Assembly: GCF_963921235.1 (NCBI RefSeq)
Contig: NC_086097.1
Location: 145,950,001 to 146,014,000, forward strand
Direction of reading: 5' to 3'
From: Mobula hypostoma
Taxonomy: Eukaryota
DNA length: 64,000 nucleotides
Positions 61,351-64,000 of this stretch are shown in pieces (the stretch's first letter is position 1; each line of letters begins with the position of its first letter). The notes beneath the pieces were generated by a model that worked only from the letters and a program-made list of their open reading frames with translations, had not been told where the DNA came from and did not search any database. The position numbers and the translations under genes are program-made.

Positions 61351-62441
61351 GTTCATGTTTTTTACTGTTATGTTGTATGTATTTCATTTTGTGCTGTTCT
61401 GTGCGAGCTGCTTATTTTCAGCTAATGTTTGGGTTACAGTTGAAGATAAGAGATGAGGAGAAATGTGCGTCATCCAATCAGGCTGGTCGGATAAAGGGGA
61501 GGTTTCTCTGGTGAGGGACACTAAGGTTGGGCTGGGAGCTGTTGTTTGAGAGGAGATGAAGAGCGAAGATGCTGGGGAGAACCGGGTGTAGCACACGATC
61601 CAGTGGAAGACCCATTTGTTCGAGATGTATGCGAGCGATGTTCGAAAGGTGGTGTGTGCTTTCACGTTGACTGAAGGCCCAGCACGCGAGTGACAGAGAA
61701 GTTCAAGATGAGCTCCAACTTGTGCACATTTGACTGTTTAATTAGAATGGGCCCTTTTCTTATTGTTATTCTTTACTAACCCTTTAGTTAAGTTAAAATT
61801 CATAAATATAATTCCTTTCATCGTATGCAATGTACTGTCTGTTGTTTCGTGGCATTAATTTGTAACAGAGAAGCAAAAGCCACAGCATCCACACAAACCG
61901 AGGTTTGGGGTGGGACTGAGCGTGCCTCAGTCTCACGGGTTTGTCAGGGCCAGAGATAGTCTTCCCTGGACTTACACAGCCAAGGAAACCAGGGTGTTTC
62001 ATCTGTATGAAAATAAATCTCAATGTAGTATATGGCAACATATGTGTACTTTAATAATAAATTTACGTTGAACTTTGAACTCTGAGCAACCAATGTGCAA
62101 AAGAAGACAAACTGTACAATGTTTTATCCTTTGTTGCAGCACACTTCCACTAGCTTCAGCTGTTCCCCCACCACCACTCATCTGTCTGTCTGTTCCAAGG
62201 GGTTCAGCTTCAGGAAGGAGTGTTTTGGGTCTGTGGGTATTAGGTGGGTTAGAGCAAACACCTTCAAGCAAATCCATTGGTCTCCCATTAGTTAGTCTGA
62301 ATAAGTACCAGATGTTTGCCAGTCATAGCTTGCTATGACTTTAAACCATTCCCCTCCTTTGTGATGACTGGATGGTTGAGAGAAGGATGTTGGTAAAGGG
62401 GGAGGGGTGAGTTAAAGAGAAAAGTTTGGGGCGGGGCTAAT

Positions 62442-62599
62442 GAAGGGAGAAGAGAAGGGAGAAGAGAAGGGAGAAGAGAAGGGAGAAGAGAAGGGAGAAG
62501 AGAAGGGAGAAGAGAAGGGAGAAGAGAAGGGAGAAGAGAAGGGAGAAGAGAAGGGAGAAGAGAAGGGAGAAGAGAAGGGAGAAGAGAAGGGAGAAGAGA
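62442..62599. repeat. Perfect 12-bp all-purine minisatellite (GAAGAGAAGGGA) x ~13
   Basis: Read directly; gives the (LFSL)n spurious ORF. Confidence 0.97.
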
Positions 62600-63609
62600 T
62601 TAAAGGAGGCAGTTAGGTAAAGTGGAAGCGGTGGAGGAATGGCAAAGAAGGCAAACAGGAGATTGAGGAAGAGGTTATAGATGAGACTATTGTGTGTGTG
62701 TGTGTGTCCTCCTTCACCCTGAGGATCTGTATGATAAGAAGAGGGACATTCTGACCTCTGCAAATGGATGCAAATATCTGCAGGGTACAGAGTTTAAATG
62801 TGACGTACAGACTGGTTTTGCTTGCGTTTCTGGGATCAGTTTTGAGGCATGAATTGTAGTTTTCACATGAAAGCAGCACAGGGTGCATTTGTGTGGAAGA
62901 GATAAGATCAACACAGGAAACAGAAGCGCTCTCTCTTTCATAGGGTAGAGTTATGACTTTTAATCCTTTGAACATCTCTGGCACACTTCTGCACAATGTT
63001 TTTTGTTTCATGAGTTACAGATTAATCCTGATCATTTACTGCTCTTTCCTGCCCAGTGTTTCTAAAGAGAGCTGATGTGTTTTACTGTTTAGAATTTTAT
63101 TTTGTATTACAATGAATGGAATTGAGAGATGAGCTAAATGTAAAGTTGCACAATTTGGCAGCTCCATTATTTTGGGCAGGATGCAAACTCCCCCCCCCCC
63201 TCCTCTTCTCCACAAAAAGCCAGCAAGCTCCTAGAATGTTAGAGGGAATTGGTGACGGGAGCTGTTAGGGCAAGGTTCAGCCACAATTTTCACTGCAGTT
63301 GAAAGCTTTCCAAATCTAAGGGGCAAACATTGACTGAGTCATATCTGAAGTTAGTTTAAAGCTTAATTTGGATTGAAAAAAGCTGGTGTTTCACTTCAGT
63401 TTACTGTCAGTGAAAGGCCAAGAACTCAGCTCGTTCCTGAAGACTGTGCTGAGGGGCATATCAGATACGTGTGTTTATATTGCAATCCTAAAATATTCTA
63501 ATGCAATTGCAATTGTGTGTATTTAAATATTATAATATGGGAAACATTACGGCCAGCTCATGCAGATAAAAAGCATCCATAAGCAGCTTTGACTGAGATA
63601 AACAACAAC

Positions 63610-63740
63610 TTTTAATGTTTAGATAATATTCATTTGAAGGATAGATGCTAGCCATTACTGGGACAGTCATCTTACCATTTCTGAAAGAAGGCTGAGGATC
63701 CCTTTAGAACCACACGTGAAAGCAAACATGGGAGCTCTGC
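63610..63740 (-). mobile_element. Possible ancient Deu-SINE remnant
   Basis: Minus strand GTGGTTCTAAAGGGATCC...TTTCAGAAA...ATCTATCCTTCAAATGAATATTATCTAAAACA weakly resembles the Deu domain; similar traces near 17685-17775 and 46050-46135. Confidence 0.35.
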
Positions 63741-64000
63741 ACCATTACAGACCAAAAAAAATGGTTTTCATATTGCTGTCAGTTGGACTGACCAGAACCA
63801 AGAGTGAATCACTGCAGCGTGGGTAATCCAGTCTATCATATTGCAAATGAGTCACTGAGTAAACAAACACACAAAATGTTGTAGGAACTCAAAAGGTTAG
63901 ACAGTACCTATGCAGGCAAATAAGTAGTGCAAGCTGGCATGTAATAGGCAAACCCTGGTTGGGGAAAGGTGGGTGGGGTGGTGAAGAAGGGTGATAAAGT

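Larger units (their letters stand above)
58821..62001 (+). repeat. Solo LTR (~680 bp; 58821-58850 plus 61369-62001) split by the Penelope insertion
   Basis: TGTAATG...GTGTTTCA termini; 4-bp TSD CCTG/TCTG with one mismatch. Confidence 0.72.
58385..62080 (+). mobile_element. Rex1-like 3' end (58385-58820 and 62002-62080) split by a solo LTR
   Basis: 3'UTR ...AATGCCTG | TCTGTATGAAAATAAATCTC...TTGAACTTTGAAC is colinear with 39300-39388. Confidence 0.85.

Noticed and set aside
62437..62763. Leu/Phe/Ser-rich membrane protein ORF
   Set aside because: Translation artefact of the 12-bp minisatellite.

Overview
Eukaryotic, repeat-saturated non-coding DNA. The repeat families (CR1 with SGNH-esterase ORF1, Rex1/Babar-like LINEs, HE1/V-type and Deu-type SINE remnants, Penelope-like elements) point by inference to a cartilaginous fish, probably a ray. 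No host gene or exon could be supported, and no intact autonomous element is present. Main contents: (i) a decayed Tf1/sushi-type chromovirus (1-8000, minus) with its 5' LTR and a self-priming signature, interrupted by three later insertions; (ii) a near-intact young CR1 (34341-37860) at the core of a hAT > Rex1 > CR1 nest; (iii) many Rex1/Babar and CR1 fragments; (iv) internally deleted hAT, Harbinger and Tigger DNA transposons, the first two with readable TIRs and TSDs; (v) a dense Penelope-like family whose pseudo-LTR carries a minimal type I hammerhead ribozyme (intact cores at 52275-52310 minus and 61221-61256 plus). That family includes a TSD-bounded 2.5-kb inverted double insertion whose left arm ends at the ribozyme cleavage site. 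Family names come from motif recognition by eye, not database searches; boundaries without a TSD or TIR are approximate.
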